DNA from: Eledone cirrhosa
Lineage: Eukaryota
Direction: 5' to 3'
DNA length: 64,000 bases
Assembly: GCA_964016885.1 (NCBI GenBank)
Contig: OZ024741.1
Coordinates: 229,958,001 to 230,022,000, forward strand
Under the pieces are notes generated by a model that saw only the letters and a list, made by a program, of their open reading frames with translations, was not told the DNA's origin and ran no database searches. How positions within the stretch are numbered: position 1 is the stretch's first letter; the number at the start of each line of letters is the position of its first letter. This document shows positions 1 to 15,000 of the stretch, in pieces. A program made the position numbers and the translations under genes.

Positions 1-3000
1 AACCAAACGGAACGAGACCGGGGAACCTAAAAAACTGAAATGAGACGAAATCGGGGAATCTAAAGAACCAAACGAAACAGGTTTCGAGGTTGGACCGTGG
101 TGCTCATGCGGGAAGGTTGGACCGTACTGCGCATGCGCGAAGTTGGTACGGCACTGCGCATGCGCCAAGTTTGGAGAGCACTGCGCATGCGCTGTGCGGT
201 CCGACCTTCGCGCATGCGCAGTATTGTCCGACCTTCGCGTATGCGCACTACGGTCCAACCTTAACGCATGCACAATGATGTCCAACCTTGGTGCATGCGC
301 AGTGCACAGTGGGCTATTTCCGGATGTTTCCGTGTATATCCGGGTATTTCCGGTTATTTACGTGTATTAAATTAAATTAAATTAAATTAAATTAAATTAA
401 TTAAATTAATTAATCAATTAACTAACTATTTAATTTATGTTATTTTATTTTAATTTAATTTATTTTAATTAATTTAATTAATTAATTAATTAATTTAAAT
501 TTAATTTAATTAATTAATTAATTAAATTAATTAATTAAATAAAATTTAAATTAATTAATTAAATAAATTAATTAAAATAAAATAAAATATAATAAAATAA
601 ATAAAATAAAATAATTAATTATTTTCTTAATTAATAATAAATTAATTAATTAATAATAAATTAATTAATAATAAATAAATTAATTAATAATAAATTAATT
701 TAATTTAATTTACTTTAATTTATTTTATTTTATTTTATTTTATTTTTATTTATTTAATTAATTAATTAATTAATTTAAATTTAATTTAATTAAATAATTT
801 AATTAATTAATTAATTAAATTAAATTTAAATTAATTAATTAATTAAATAAATAAAATAAAATAAAATTAATTAATTAATTAATTGATTAATTTAATAAAT
901 TGATTAATTTAATTAATTTAATTTAATTTAATTTAATACACGGAAATAACCGGAAATACCCGAATATACCCGGAAACACCCTGAAATAACCCACGGCGCA
1001 TGGGCCAAGGTTGGACAGCTCTGCGCATGCGCTAAGGTTGGACCATAGTACGCATGTCCGAAGCTTGGACCGTAGTGCGCATGCGTTAAGGTTGGACACT
1101 ACTGCTGTCCAAACTTGGCGCATGCGCAGTACAGTCCAACCTTCGCGCATGCGCAGTACGTTCGAACATTCGCGTATACGCACTACGGGCAAACTTTCGC
1201 GCGCTACGGTCCAACCACGAAACAAGTTTCCTTTCGTTTGTTTTTTTAAGTTCCACGGTTTCGTCTCTTTTCGGTTTTTTAGATTCCCAGGTTACGTTTC
1301 GTTTGGTTCTTTAGGTTCCCCGGTTTCGTTTCGTTTGGTTTTTTAGGTTCCGCGGTTTCGTTTTTTTTTAAAATTAAATTAAATTAAATTAAATTAAATT
1401 AAATTAAATTAAATTAAATTAAATTAAATTAAATTAAATTAAACTAAATTAAATTAAATTAAATTAAATTAAATTAAATTAAATTAAATTAAATTAAATT
1501 AAATTAAATTAAATTAAATTAAATTAAATTAAATTAAATTAAATTAAATTAAATATAATAAAATAAATAAAATAAAATAATTAATTAATTTATTAATTAA
1601 TAAATTAATTTAAATTAATTAAATTTAATTTACTTTAATTTATTTTATTTTATTTTATTTTATTTTAATTTATTTTAATTAATTTAATTAATTAATTAAT
1701 TTAAATTGAAATTAATTAATTAATTTAAATTTTAATTAATTAATTAATTAATTTAATTAATTAATTAAATTTTAATTAATTAATTAATTAAATAAAATAT
1801 ACAAATAAAATAAAATAAAATAAAATAAAATAAATTAAAATAAAACAAAATAAAATAAATATAATTAATTAATTAATTAATTGATTAATTTAATAAATTT
1901 AATTTAATTTAATTTAATACACGGAAATAACCGGAAATACCCGAAAATACCCGGAAACACGCGGAAATAACCTACTGCGCACTGCACATGCGCCAAGGTG
2001 GACAGCTCTGCGCATGCGCAATGTTGGACCGTAGTGCGCATGCGCTAAGGTTGGACCATACTGCCCATGCGCAGTGCTGTCCAAACTAGCCGCATGCGCA
2101 GTGCGGTCCAACCTTCGCGCATGCGCAGTACTTTCCAACCTTTGCGTATACGCACTACGGGCCAACTTTCGCGCACTACGGTCCAAACTCGAAACCAGTT
2201 TCCTTTCGTTTGTTTATTTAAGTTCCACGGTTTCGTCTCGTTTCGGTTTTTTAGATTCCCAGGTTAGGTTTCGTTTGGTTCTTTAGGTTCCCCGCTTACG
2301 TTTCGTTTGGTTTTTTAGGTTCCGCGGTTTCGTTTCGTTTTTTAAATAAAATAAAATAAAATAAAAAAAAATAAAATTAAATAAAATTAAATTAAATAAA
2401 ATAAATTAAATTAAATTAAATTAAATTAAATTAAATTAAATTAAATTAAATTAAATTAAATTAAATTAAATTAAATTAAATTATATTAAATTAAATTAAA
2501 TTAAATTAAATTAAATTAAATTAAAATAAATTAAAATGAATTAAAATAATTAATTAATTAATTAATAAACTAAAATAAAATAAAATAAAATAAAATAAAT
2601 TTAATTAATTAATTAAATAATTAATTAATTAATTAAATAATTAATTAATTAATTAATTAATTCATTATTTTATTTTATTTATTTTATTTTATTTTATTTT
2701 ATTTTATTTTTAATTCTTTTAATTAATTTAATTAAATAATTAATTAATTAAAATTTAATTAAATTAATTAATTAATTAAATTAATTAATTAATTAAATTA
2801 ATTAATTAATTAAGTTAATTAATTAATTAATTAATTTAATTAATTAATTAATTAAATTAATTAATTAATTAAATTAATTAATTAATTAATTAATTTAATT
2901 AATTAAAATAAATTAAAATAAAATAAAATAAAATAAAATAAAATAAAATAAAATTAATTAATTAATTAATTAATTAATTAATTAATTAATTAATTAATTA

Positions 3001-6000
3001 ATTAATTAATTAATTAATTAATTAATTAATTAATTAATTAATTAATTAATTAATTAATTAATTAATTAATTAATTAATTAATTTAATTTAATTTAAATTA
3101 TTTTTATTTTAATACCCGGAAATAACAAGAAATACGCGGACACACCCGAAAATAGCCCACTGCGCATGCGCCAAGGTTGAACCTTAGTGCACATGTGCGA
3201 AGGTCGCACCGTACTGCGCATGCGCGAAGTTCGGACCGCACAGCGCATGCGCGAAGGCTGGACGTCACTGCGCATGCGCCAAGGTTGGACCGTACTCAGC
3301 ATGCGCAGTGCTGTCCAAACTTGGCGCATGCGCAGTGTGGTGCAACCTTCGCGCATGCGCAGTACGGTCCAATCATTGCGCATTCGCAGTACGGTCCAAC
3401 ATTCGCGCATACGCACTACGGTCCAATCTCGAAACCAGTTTCGTTTCGTTTGGTTTTTTAGGTTCCCCGGTTTTGTTTCGTTTGGTTTTTTAGGTTTACC
3501 GGTTCCGTTTCGTTTTTTATTTAAATTAAATTAAATTAAATTAAATTAAATTAAATTAAATTAAATTAAATTAAATTAAATTAAATTAAATTAAATTAAA
3601 TTAAATTAAATTAAATTAAATTAAATTAAATTAAATTAAATTAAATTAAATTAAATTAAATTAAATTAAATTAAATTAATTAATTAATTAATTAATTAAT
3701 TAAATTAAATTAAATTAAATTAAATTAAATTAAATTAAATTAAATTAAATTAAATTAAATTAAATTAAATTAAATTAAATTAAATTAAATTAAAATAATT
3801 AAATTCATTAATTAATTAACTAATTATTTAATTTATTAATTAATTAAATTTATTTTATTTTATTTCATTATATTTAATTAATTAATTAATTATTTTAATT
3901 CATTTCAATTTAATTTAATTTAATTTAATTTAATTTAATTTAATTTAATTTAATTTAATTTAAAAAACGAAACGAAACCGGGGTACCTAAAAAACCAAAC
4001 GAAACGAAACCGGAGAACCTAAAAAACTGAAACGAGACGAAATCGGGGAACCTAAACAACCGAAACGAGACGAAATCGGGGAACCTAAACAACCAAACGA
4101 AAGGAAACTGGTTTCGAGGTTGGACCGTAGTGCGCCTGCGCGAAGGTTGGACCGCACTGCGCATGCGCGAAGTTTGGACAGCACTGCGCATGAGCAGTAC
4201 GGTCCAACATTAGTGCATGTGCACTACAGTCCAACCTTCGCGCATGCACACTATGGTCCAACCTTAGCGCATCCGCAGTGCTGTCCAACCTTCGAGCATG
4301 CGCTATCCGGTCCGACCTTCGCGCATGCGCAGTACGGTCCGATCTTCGTCATGCGCACTACAGTCCAACCTTAGCGCATGCGCAGTGCGCAGTGGGATAT
4401 TTTCGGGTGTTTCCGGCTGTTTCTGGTTATTTCAGGGTATTAAATTAAATAAAATAAAATTAAATTAAATTAAATTAAATAATTAATTAATTAAATTTAT
4501 TTTATTTTATTAATTAATTAATTATTTTAATTCATTTTAATTTAATTTAATTTAATTTAATTTAATTTAATTTAATTTAATTTAATTAAAAAAACGAAAT
4601 AAAATCGGGGTACCTAAAAAACCAAACGAAACGAAACCGGGGAACCTAAAAAACCAAACGAAAGAAACCGGGGAACCTAAAGAACCGAAACGAGCCGAAA
4701 TCCTGGAACCTAAAATTCAAAACGAAACGAAACTGGTTTTGAGGTTGGACCGTACTTCGCATGCGCGAAGATTGGACAGTACTGCGCATGCGCCAAGTTG
4801 GAAACACTGCGCATGAGCAGTACGGTCCAACATTAGCGCATGCGCACTACGGTCCAACCTTCGCGCATGCACCCTATGGTCCAACCTTAGCGCATGCGCA
4901 GTGCTGTCCAACAATCGCGCATGTGGTGTGCGGTCCGACCTTCACGCATGCGCAGTACGGTCCGACCTTAGCGCATGCGCAGTGCTGTCCAACCTTGGAG
5001 AATGCGCAGTGCGCAGTGGGCTATTTCCGGGTATTTCCTGTTATTTCAAAGTATTAAATTAAATTAAATTAAATTAAATTAATTAAATTAATTAATTAAT
5101 TAGTGCTGTCCAACCTTCGCGCATGCGCTGTGCGGTCCCACCTTAACGCATGCACAGTGATGTCCAACCTTGGCGCACGCGCTGTGCACAGTGGGCTATT
5201 TCCGGATGTTTCCGGGTATTACCGGTTATTTCCGGCTATTTCCGGTTATTTCCGGGTTTTAAATTAAATTAAATTAAATTAATTAAATTCATTAATTAAT
5301 TAACTAATTATTTAATTTATTAATTAATTAAATTTATTTTATTTTATTATATCTTATTAATTAATTAATTAATTAATTAATTAATTATCTTAATTCATTT
5401 CTATTTAATTTAATTTAATTTAATTTAATTTAATTTAATTTAATTTAATTTAATTTAATTTAATTTAATTTATTTTAATTTAATTTAAAAAACGAAACGA
5501 AACCGGAGAACCTAAAAAACCAAACGGAACGAGACCGGGGAACCTAAAAAACTGAAATGAGACGAAATCGGGGAATCTAAAGAACCAAACGAAACAGGTT
5601 TTGAGGTTGGACCGTGGTGCTCATGCGGGAAGGTTGGACCGTACTGCGCATGCGCGAAGTTGGTACGGCACTGCGCATGCGCCAAGTCTGGAGAGCACTG
5701 CGCATGCGCTGTGCGGTCCGACCTTCGCGCATGCGCAGTATTGTCCGACCTTCGCGTATGCGCACTACGGTCCAACCTTAACGCATGCACAATGATGTCC
5801 AACCTTGGTGCATGCGCAGTGCACAGTGGGCTATTTCCGGATGTTTCCGTGTATATCCGGGTATTTCCGGTTATTTACGTGTATTAAATTAAATTAAATT
5901 AAATTAAATTAATTAAATTAATTAATCAATTAACTAACTATTTAATTTATGTTATTTTATTTTAATTTAATTTATTTTAATTAATTTAATTAATTAATTA

Positions 6001-9000
6001 ATTAATTAAAATTTAATTTAATTAATTAATTAATTAAATTAATTAATTAAATAAAATTTAAATTAATTAATTAATTAATTAAATTAATTAAAATAAAATA
6101 AAATATAATAAAATAAATAAAATAAAATAATTAATTATTTTCTTAATTAATAATAAATTAATTAATTAATAATAAATTAATTAATTAATAATAAATTAAT
6201 TAATTAATAATAAATTAATTTAATTTAATTTACTTTAATTTATTTTATTTTATTTTATTTTATTTTTATTTATTTAATTAATTAATTAATTAATTTAAAT
6301 TTAATTTAATTAAATAATTTAATTAAATAATTTAATTAATTAATTAATTAAATTAAATTTAAATTAATTAATTAATTAAATAAATAAAATAAAATAAAAT
6401 AAATTTAATTAATTAATTAATTAATTGATTAATTTAATAAATTGATTAATTTAATTAATTTAATTTAATTTAATTTAATACACGGAAATAACCGGAAATA
6501 CCCGAATATACCCGGAAACACCCTGAAATAACCCACGGCGCATGGGCCAAGGTTGGACAGCTCTGCGCATGCGCTAAGGTTGGACCATAGTGCGCATGTC
6601 CGAAGCTTGGACCGTAGTGCGCATGCGTTAAGGTTGGACACTACTGCTGTCCAAACTTGGCGCATGCGCAGTACAGTCCAACCTTCGCGCATGCGCAGTA
6701 CGTTCGAACATTCGCGTATACGCACTACGGGAAAACTTTCGCGCGCTACGGTCCAACCTCGAAACCAGTTTCCTTTCGTTTGTTTTTTTAAGTTCCACGG
6801 TTTCGTCTCTTTTCGGTTTTTTAGATTCCCAGGTTACGTTTCGTTTGGTTCTTTAGGTTCCCCGGTTTCGTTTCGTTTGTTTTTTTAGGTTCCACGGTTT
6901 CGTTTTTTTTTAAAATTAAATTAAATTAAATTAAATTAAATTAAATTAAATTAAATTAAATTAAACTAAATTAAATTAAATTAAATTAAATTAAATTAAA
7001 TTAAATTAAATTAAATTAAATTAAATTAAATTAAATTAAATTAAATATAATAAAATAAATAAAATAAAATAAAATAATTAATTAATTTATTAATTAATAA
7101 ATTAATTTAAATTAATTAAATTTAATTTACTTTAATTTATTTTATTTTATTTTATTTTAATTTATTTTAATTAATTTAATTAATTAATTAATTTAAATTG
7201 AAATTAATTAATTAATTTAAATTTTAATTAATTAATTAATTAATTTAATTAATTAATTAAATTTTAATTAATTAATTAATTAAATAAAATATACAAATAA
7301 AATAAAATAAAATAAAATAAAATAAATTAAAATAAAACAAAATAAAATAAATATAATTAATTAATTAATTAATTGATTAATTTAATAAATTTAATTTAAT
7401 TTAATTTAATACACGGAAATAACCGGAAATACCCGAAAATACCCGGAAACACGCGGAAATAACCTACTGCGCACTGCACATGCGCCAAGGTGGACAGCTC
7501 TGCGCATGCGCAATGTTGGACCGTAGTGCGCATGCGCTAAGGTTGGACCATACTGCCCATGCGCAGTGCTGTCCAAACTAGCCGCATGCGCAGTGCGGTC
7601 CAACCTTCGCGCATGCGCAGTACTTTCCAACCTTTGCGTATACGCACTACGGGCCAACTTTCGCGCACTACGGTCCAAACTCGAAACCAGTTTCCTTTCG
7701 TTTGTTTATTTAAGTTCCACGGTTTCGTCTCGTTTCGGTTTTTTAGATTCCCAGGTTAGGTTTCGTTTGGTTCTTTAGGTTCCCCGCTTACGTTTCGTTT
7801 GGTTTTTTAGGTTCCGCGGTTTCGTTTCGTTTTTTAAATAAAATAAAATAAAATAAAAAAAAATAAAATTAAATAAAATTAAATTAAATAAAATAAAATT
7901 AAATTAAATTAAATTAAATTAAATTAAATTAAATTAAATTAAATTAAATTAAATTAAATTAAATTAAATTAAATTAAATTAAATTAAATTAAATTAAATT
8001 AAATTAAATTAAATTAAATTAAATTAAAATAAATTAAAATGAATTAAAATAATTAATTAATTAATTAATAAAATAAAATAAAATAAAATAAAATAAATTT
8101 AATTAATTAATTAAATAATTAATTAATTAATTAAATAATTAATTAATTAATTAATTAATTCATTATTTTATTTTATTTATTTTATTTTATTTTATTTTAT
8201 TTTTAATTCTTTTAATTAATTTAATTAAATAATTAATTAATTAAAATTTAATTTAATTAATTAATTAATTAAATTAATTAATTAATTAAATTAATTAATT
8301 AATTAATTAATTTAATTAATTAAAATAAATTAAAATAAAATAAAATAAAATAAAATAAAATAAAATAAAATTAATTAATTAATTAATTAATTAATTAATT
8401 AATTAATTAATTAATTTAATTTAATTTAAATTATTTTTATTTTAATACCCGGAAATAACAAGAAATACGCGGACACACCCGAAAATAGCCCACTGCGCAT
8501 GCGCCAAGGTTGAACCTTAGTGCACATGTGCGAAGGTCGCACCGTACTGCGCGTGCGCGAAGTTCGGACCGCACAGCGCATGCGCGAAGGCTGGACGTCA
8601 CTGCGCATGCGCCAAGGTTGGACCATAGTTCGCATGCGCTAAGGTTGGACCGTACTCAGCATGCGCAGTGCTGTCCAAACTTGGCGCATGCGCAGTGTGG
8701 TGCAACCTTCGCGCATGCGCAGTACGGTCCAATCATTGCGCATTCGCAGTACGGTCCAACATTCGCGCATACGCACTACGGTCCAATCTCGAAACCAGTT
8801 TCGTTTCGTTTGGTTTTTTAGGTTCCCCGGTTTTGTTTCGTTTGGTTTTTTAGGTTCACCGGTTCCGTTTCGTTTTTTATTTAAATTAAATTAAATTAAA
8901 TTAAATTAAATTAAATTAAATTAAATTAAATTAAATTAAATTAAATTAAATTAAATTAAATTAAATTAAATTAAATTAAATTAAATTAAATTAAATTAAA

Positions 9001-12000
9001 TTAAATTAAATTAAATTAAATTAAATTAAATTAAATTAATTAATTAATTAATTAATTAATTAATTAAATTAAATTAAATTAAATTAAATTAAATTAAATT
9101 AAATTAAATTAAATTAATTAAATTCATTAATTAATTAACTAATTATTTAATTTATTAATTAATTAAATTTATTTTATTTTATTTCATTATATTTAATTAA
9201 TTAATTAATTAATTATTTTAATTCATTTCAATTTAATTTAATTTAATTTAATTTAATTTAATTTAATTTAATTTAATTTAATTTAAAAAACGAAACGAAA
9301 CCGGGGTACCTAAAAAACCAAACGAAACGAAACCGGAGAACCTAAAAAACTGAAACGAGACGAAATCGGGGAACCTAAACAACCGAAACGAGACGAAATC
9401 GGGGAACCTAAACAACCAAACGAAAGGAAACTGGTTTCGAGGTTGGACCGTAGTGCGCCTGCGCGAAGGTTGGACCGCACTGCGCATGCGCGAAGTTTGG
9501 ACAGCACTGCGCATGAGCAGTACGGTCCAACATTAGTGCATGTGCACTACAGTCCAACCTTCGCGCATGCACACTATGGTCCAACCTTAGCGCATCCGCA
9601 GTGCTGTCCAACCTTCGAGCATGCGCTATCCGGTCCGACCTTCGCGCATGCGCAGTACGGTCCGATCTTCGTCATGCGCACTACAGTCCAACCTTAGCGC
9701 ATGCGCAGTGCGCAGTGGGCTATTTTCGGGTGTTTCCGGCTGTTTCTGGTTATTTCAGGGTATTAAATTAAATAAAATAAAATTAAATTAAATTAAATTA
9801 AATAATTAATTAATTAAATTTATTTTATTTTATTAATTAATTAATTATTTTAATTCATTTTAATTTAATTTAATTTAATTTAATTTAATTTAATTTAATT
9901 TAATTAAAAAAACGAAATAAAATCGGGGTACCTAAAAAACCAAACGAAACGAAACCGGGGAACCTAAAAAACCAAACGAAAGAAACCGGGGAACCTAAAG
10001 AACCGAAACGAGCCGAAATCGTGGAACCTAAAAATCAAAACGAAACGAAACTGGTTTTGAGGTTGGACCGTAGTGCGCTTGCGCGAAGGTTGGACCGTAC
10101 TTCGCATGCGCGAAGATTGGACAGTACTGCGCATGCGCCAAGTTGGAAACACTGCGCATGAGCAGTACGGTCCAACATTAGCGCATGCGCACTACGGTCC
10201 AACCTTCGCGCATGCACCCTATGGTCCAACCTTAGCGCATGCGCAGTGCTGTCCAACAATCGCGCATGTGGTGTGCGGTCCGACCTTCACGCATTCGCAG
10301 TACGGTCCGACCTAGCGCATGCGCAGTGCTGTCCAACCTTGGAGAATGCGCAGTGCGCAGTGGGCTATTTCCGGGTATTTCCTGTTATTTCAAGGTATTA
10401 AATTAAATTAAATTAAATTAAATTAATTAAATTAATTAATTAATTAGTGCTGTCCAACCTTCGCGCATGCGCTGTGCGGTCCGACCTTCGCGCATGCGCA
10501 GTACGGTCCCACCTTAACGCATGCACAGTGATGTCCAACCTTGGCGCACGCGCTGTGCACAGTGGGCTATTTCCGGATGTTTCCGGGTATTACCGGTTAT
10601 TTCCGGCTATTTCCGGTTATTTCCGGGTTTTAAATTAAATTAAATTAATTAAATTCATTAATTAATTAACTAATTATTTAATTTATTAATTAATTAAATT
10701 TATTTTATTTTATTTTATTATATTTAATTAATTAATTAATTAATTATTTTAATTCATTTCAATTTAATTTAATTTAATTTAATTTAATTTAATTTAATTT
10801 AATTTAATTTAATTTATTTTAATTTAATTTAAAAAACGAAACGAAACCGGGGTACCTACAAAACCAAACGAAACGAAACCGGAGAACCTAAAAAACCAAA
10901 CGAAACGAAACCGGGGCACCTAAAAAACCGAAACGAGACGAAATCGGGGAACCTAAACAACCAAACGAAAGGAAACTGGTTTCGAGGTTGGACCGTAGTG
11001 CGCCTGCGCGAAGGTTGGACTGCACTGCGCATGCGCGAAGTTTGGACAGCACTGCGCATGAGCAGTACGGTCCAACATTAGCGCATGTGCACTACAGTCC
11101 AACCTTCGCGCATGCACACTATGGTCCAACCTTAGCGCATCCGCAGTGCTGTCCAACCTTCGAGCATGCGCTGTCCGGTCCGACCTTCGCGCATGCGCAG
11201 TACGGTCCGATCTTCGTCATGCGCACTACAGTCCAACCTTAGCGCATGCGCAGTGCGCAGTGGGCTATTTTCGGGTGTTTCCGGCTGTTTCTGGTTATTT
11301 CAGGGTATTAAATTAAATTAAATTAAATTAAATTAAATTAAATTAAATAATTAATTAATTAAATTTATTTTATTTTATTAATTAATTAATTATTTTAATT
11401 CATTTTAATTTAATTTAATTTAGTACGGTCCGACCTTAGCGCATGCGCAGTGCTGTCCAACCTTGGAGAATGCGCAGTGCGCAGTGGGCTATTTCCGGGT
11501 ATTTCCTGTTATTTCAAGGTATTAAATTAAATTAAATTATATTAAATTAATTAAATTGATTAATTAATTAGTGCTGTCCAACCTTCGCGCATGCGCTGCG
11601 CGGTCCGACCTTCGCGCATGCGCAGTACGGTCCCACCTTAACGCATGCACAGTGATGTCCAACCTTGGCGCACGCGCTGTGCACAGTGGGCTATTTCCGG
11701 ATGTTTCCGGGTATTACCGGTTATTTCCGGCTATTTCCGGTTATTTCCGGGTTTTAAATTAAATTAAATTAATTAAATTCATTAATTAATTAACTTATTA
11801 TTTAATTTATTTTATTATATTTAATTATTTATTTTATTTATTTAATTTATTTTATTTATTTAATTTATTTTATTTATTTAATTTATTAATTAATTAAATT
11901 TATTTTATTTTATTTTATTATATTTAATTAATTAATTAATTAATTATTTTAATTTATTTCAATTTAATTTAATTTAATTTAATTTAATTTAATTTAATTT

Positions 12001-15000
12001 AATTTAATTTAATTTAATTTATTTTAATTTAATTTAAAAAACGAAACGAAACCGGAGAACCTAAAAAACCAAACGGAACGAGACCGGGGAACCTAAAAAA
12101 CTGAAATGAGACGAAATCGGGGAATCTAAAGAACTAAACGAAACAGGTTTCGAGGTTGGACCGTGGTGCTCATGCGGGAAGGTTGGACCGTACTGCGCAT
12201 GCGCGAAGTTGGTACGGCACTGCGCATGCGCCAAGTTTGGAGAGCACTGCGCATGCGCTGTGCGGTCCGACCTTCGCGCATGCGCAGTATTGTCCGACCT
12301 TCGCGTATGCCCACTACGGTCCAACCTTAACGCATGCACAATGATGTCCAACCTTGGTGCATGCGCAGTGCACAGTGGGCTATTTCCGGATGTTTCCGTG
12401 TATATCCGGGTATTTCCGGTTATTTACGTGTATTAAATTAAATTAAATTAAATTAAATTAAATTAATTAAATTAATTAATCAATTAACTAACTATTTAAT
12501 TTATGTTATTTTATTTTAATTTAATTTATTTTAATTAATTTAATTAATTAATTAATTAATTTAAATTTAATTTAATTAATTAATTAATTTAATTAATTAA
12601 TTAATTTAATTAATTAAGTAAAATTTAAATTAATTAATTAATTAAATTAATTAAAATAAAATAAAATAAATAAAATAAATAAAATAAAATAAAATAATTA
12701 ATTATTTTCTTAATTAATAATAAATTAATTAATTAATAATAAATTAATTTAATTTAATTTACTTTAATTTATTTTATTTTATTTTATTTTATTTTAATTT
12801 ATTTAATTAATTAATTAATTAATTTAAATTTAATTTAATTAAATAATTTAATTAATTAATAAATTAAATTAAATTTAAATTAATTAATTAATTAAATATA
12901 TAAAATAAAATAAAATAAATTTAATTAATTAATTTAATAAATTGATTAATTTAATTAATTTAATTTAATTTAATTTAATACACGGAAATAACCGGAAATA
13001 CCCGAATATACACGGAAACACCCTGAAATAACCCACGGCGCATGCGCCAAGGCTGGACAGCTCTGAGCATGCGCTAAGTTTGGACAGCACTGCGCATGTG
13101 CTAAGGTTGGACCATAGTGCGCATGTCCGAAGCTTGGACCGTAGTGCGCATGCGTTAAGGTTGGACACTACTGCTGTCCAAACTTGGCGCATGCGCAGTG
13201 CGGTCCAACCTTCGCGCATGCGCAGTACGTTCCAACCTTCGCGTATACGCACTACGGGCAAACTTTCGCGCGCTACGGTCCAACCTCGAAACCAGTTTTC
13301 TTTCGTTTGTTTTCTTAAGTTCCACGGTTTCGTCTCTTTTCGGTTTTTTAGATTCCCAGGTTACGTTTCGTTTGGTTCTTTAGGTTCCCCGGTTTCGTTT
13401 CGTTTGGTTTTTTAGGTTCCGCGGTTTCGTTTTGTTTTTTAAATTAAATTAAATTAAATTAAATTAAATTAAATTAAATTAAATTAAATTAAATTAAATT
13501 AAATTAAATTAAATTAAATTAAATTAAATTAAATTAAATTAAATTAAATTAAATTAAATTAAATTAAATTAAATTAAATTAAATTAAATTAAATTAAATT
13601 AAATTAAATTAAATTAAATTAAATTAAATTAAATTAAATTAAATTAAATTAAATTAAATTAAATTAAATTAAATTAAATTAAATTAAATTAAATCAAATC
13701 AAATCAAATCAAATCAAATCAAATCAAATTAAATTAAATTAAATTAAATTAAATTAAATTAAATTAAATTAAATTAAATTAAATTAAATTAAATTAAATT
13801 AAATTAAATTAAATTAAATTAAAATGAATTAAAATGAATTAAAATAATTAATTAATTAATTAATAAAATAAAATAAAATAAAATTAAATTAAATTAAATT
13901 AAATTAAATTAAATTAAATTAAATTAAATTAAATTAAATTAAATTAAATTAAATTAAATTAAATTAAATTAAATTAAATTAAATTAAATTAAATTAAATT
14001 AAATTAAATTAAATTAAATTAAATTAAATTAAATTAAATTAAATTAAATTAAATTAAATTAAATTAAATTAAATTAAATTAAATTAAATTAAATTAAATT
14101 AAATTAAATTAAATTAAATTAAATTAAATTAAATTAAATTAAATTAAATTAAATTAAATTAAATTAAATTAAATTAAATTAAATTAAATTAAATTAAATT
14201 AAATTAAATTAAATTAAATTAAATTAAATTAAATTAAATTAAATTAAATTAAATTAAATTAAATTAAATTAAATTAAATTAAATTAAATTAAATTAAATT
14301 AAATTAAATTAAATTAAATTAAATTAAATTAAATTAAATTAAATTAAATTAAATTAAATTAAATTAAATTAAAATAAATTAAATTAAATTAAATTAAATT
14401 AAATTAAATTAAATTAAATTAATTAATTAATTAATTAATTAATTAATTAATTAATTAATTAAATTAAATTAAATTATATTATATTATATTATATTATATT
14501 AAATTAAATTAAATTAAATTAAATTAAATTAAATTAAATTAAATTAAATTAAATTAAATTAAATTAAATTAAATTAATAATTAATTAATTGATTAATTAT
14601 TTTATCTTATTTATTTTATTTTAATTTATTTTATTTTTAATTCTTTTAATTAATTTAATTAAATAATTAATTAATTTAAATTTAATTTAATTAATTAATT
14701 TATTAAATTAATTAATTAATTAAATCAATTATTTAATTAAATTAATTAAAATAAATTAAAATAAAATAAAATAAAATAAAATAAAATAAAATAAAATAAA
14801 TTTAATTAATTAATTAATTAATTAATTAATTAATTTAATTAATTTAATTTAATTTAATTTAATACCCGGAAATAATCAGAAATACCCGGAAACACCCGAA
14901 AATAGCCCACTCCGCACTGCGCATGTGCCAAGGTTGCACAGTACTGCGCATGCGCTAAGGTTGGACCTTAGTGCGCATGTTCAAAGGTCGGACCGTACTG

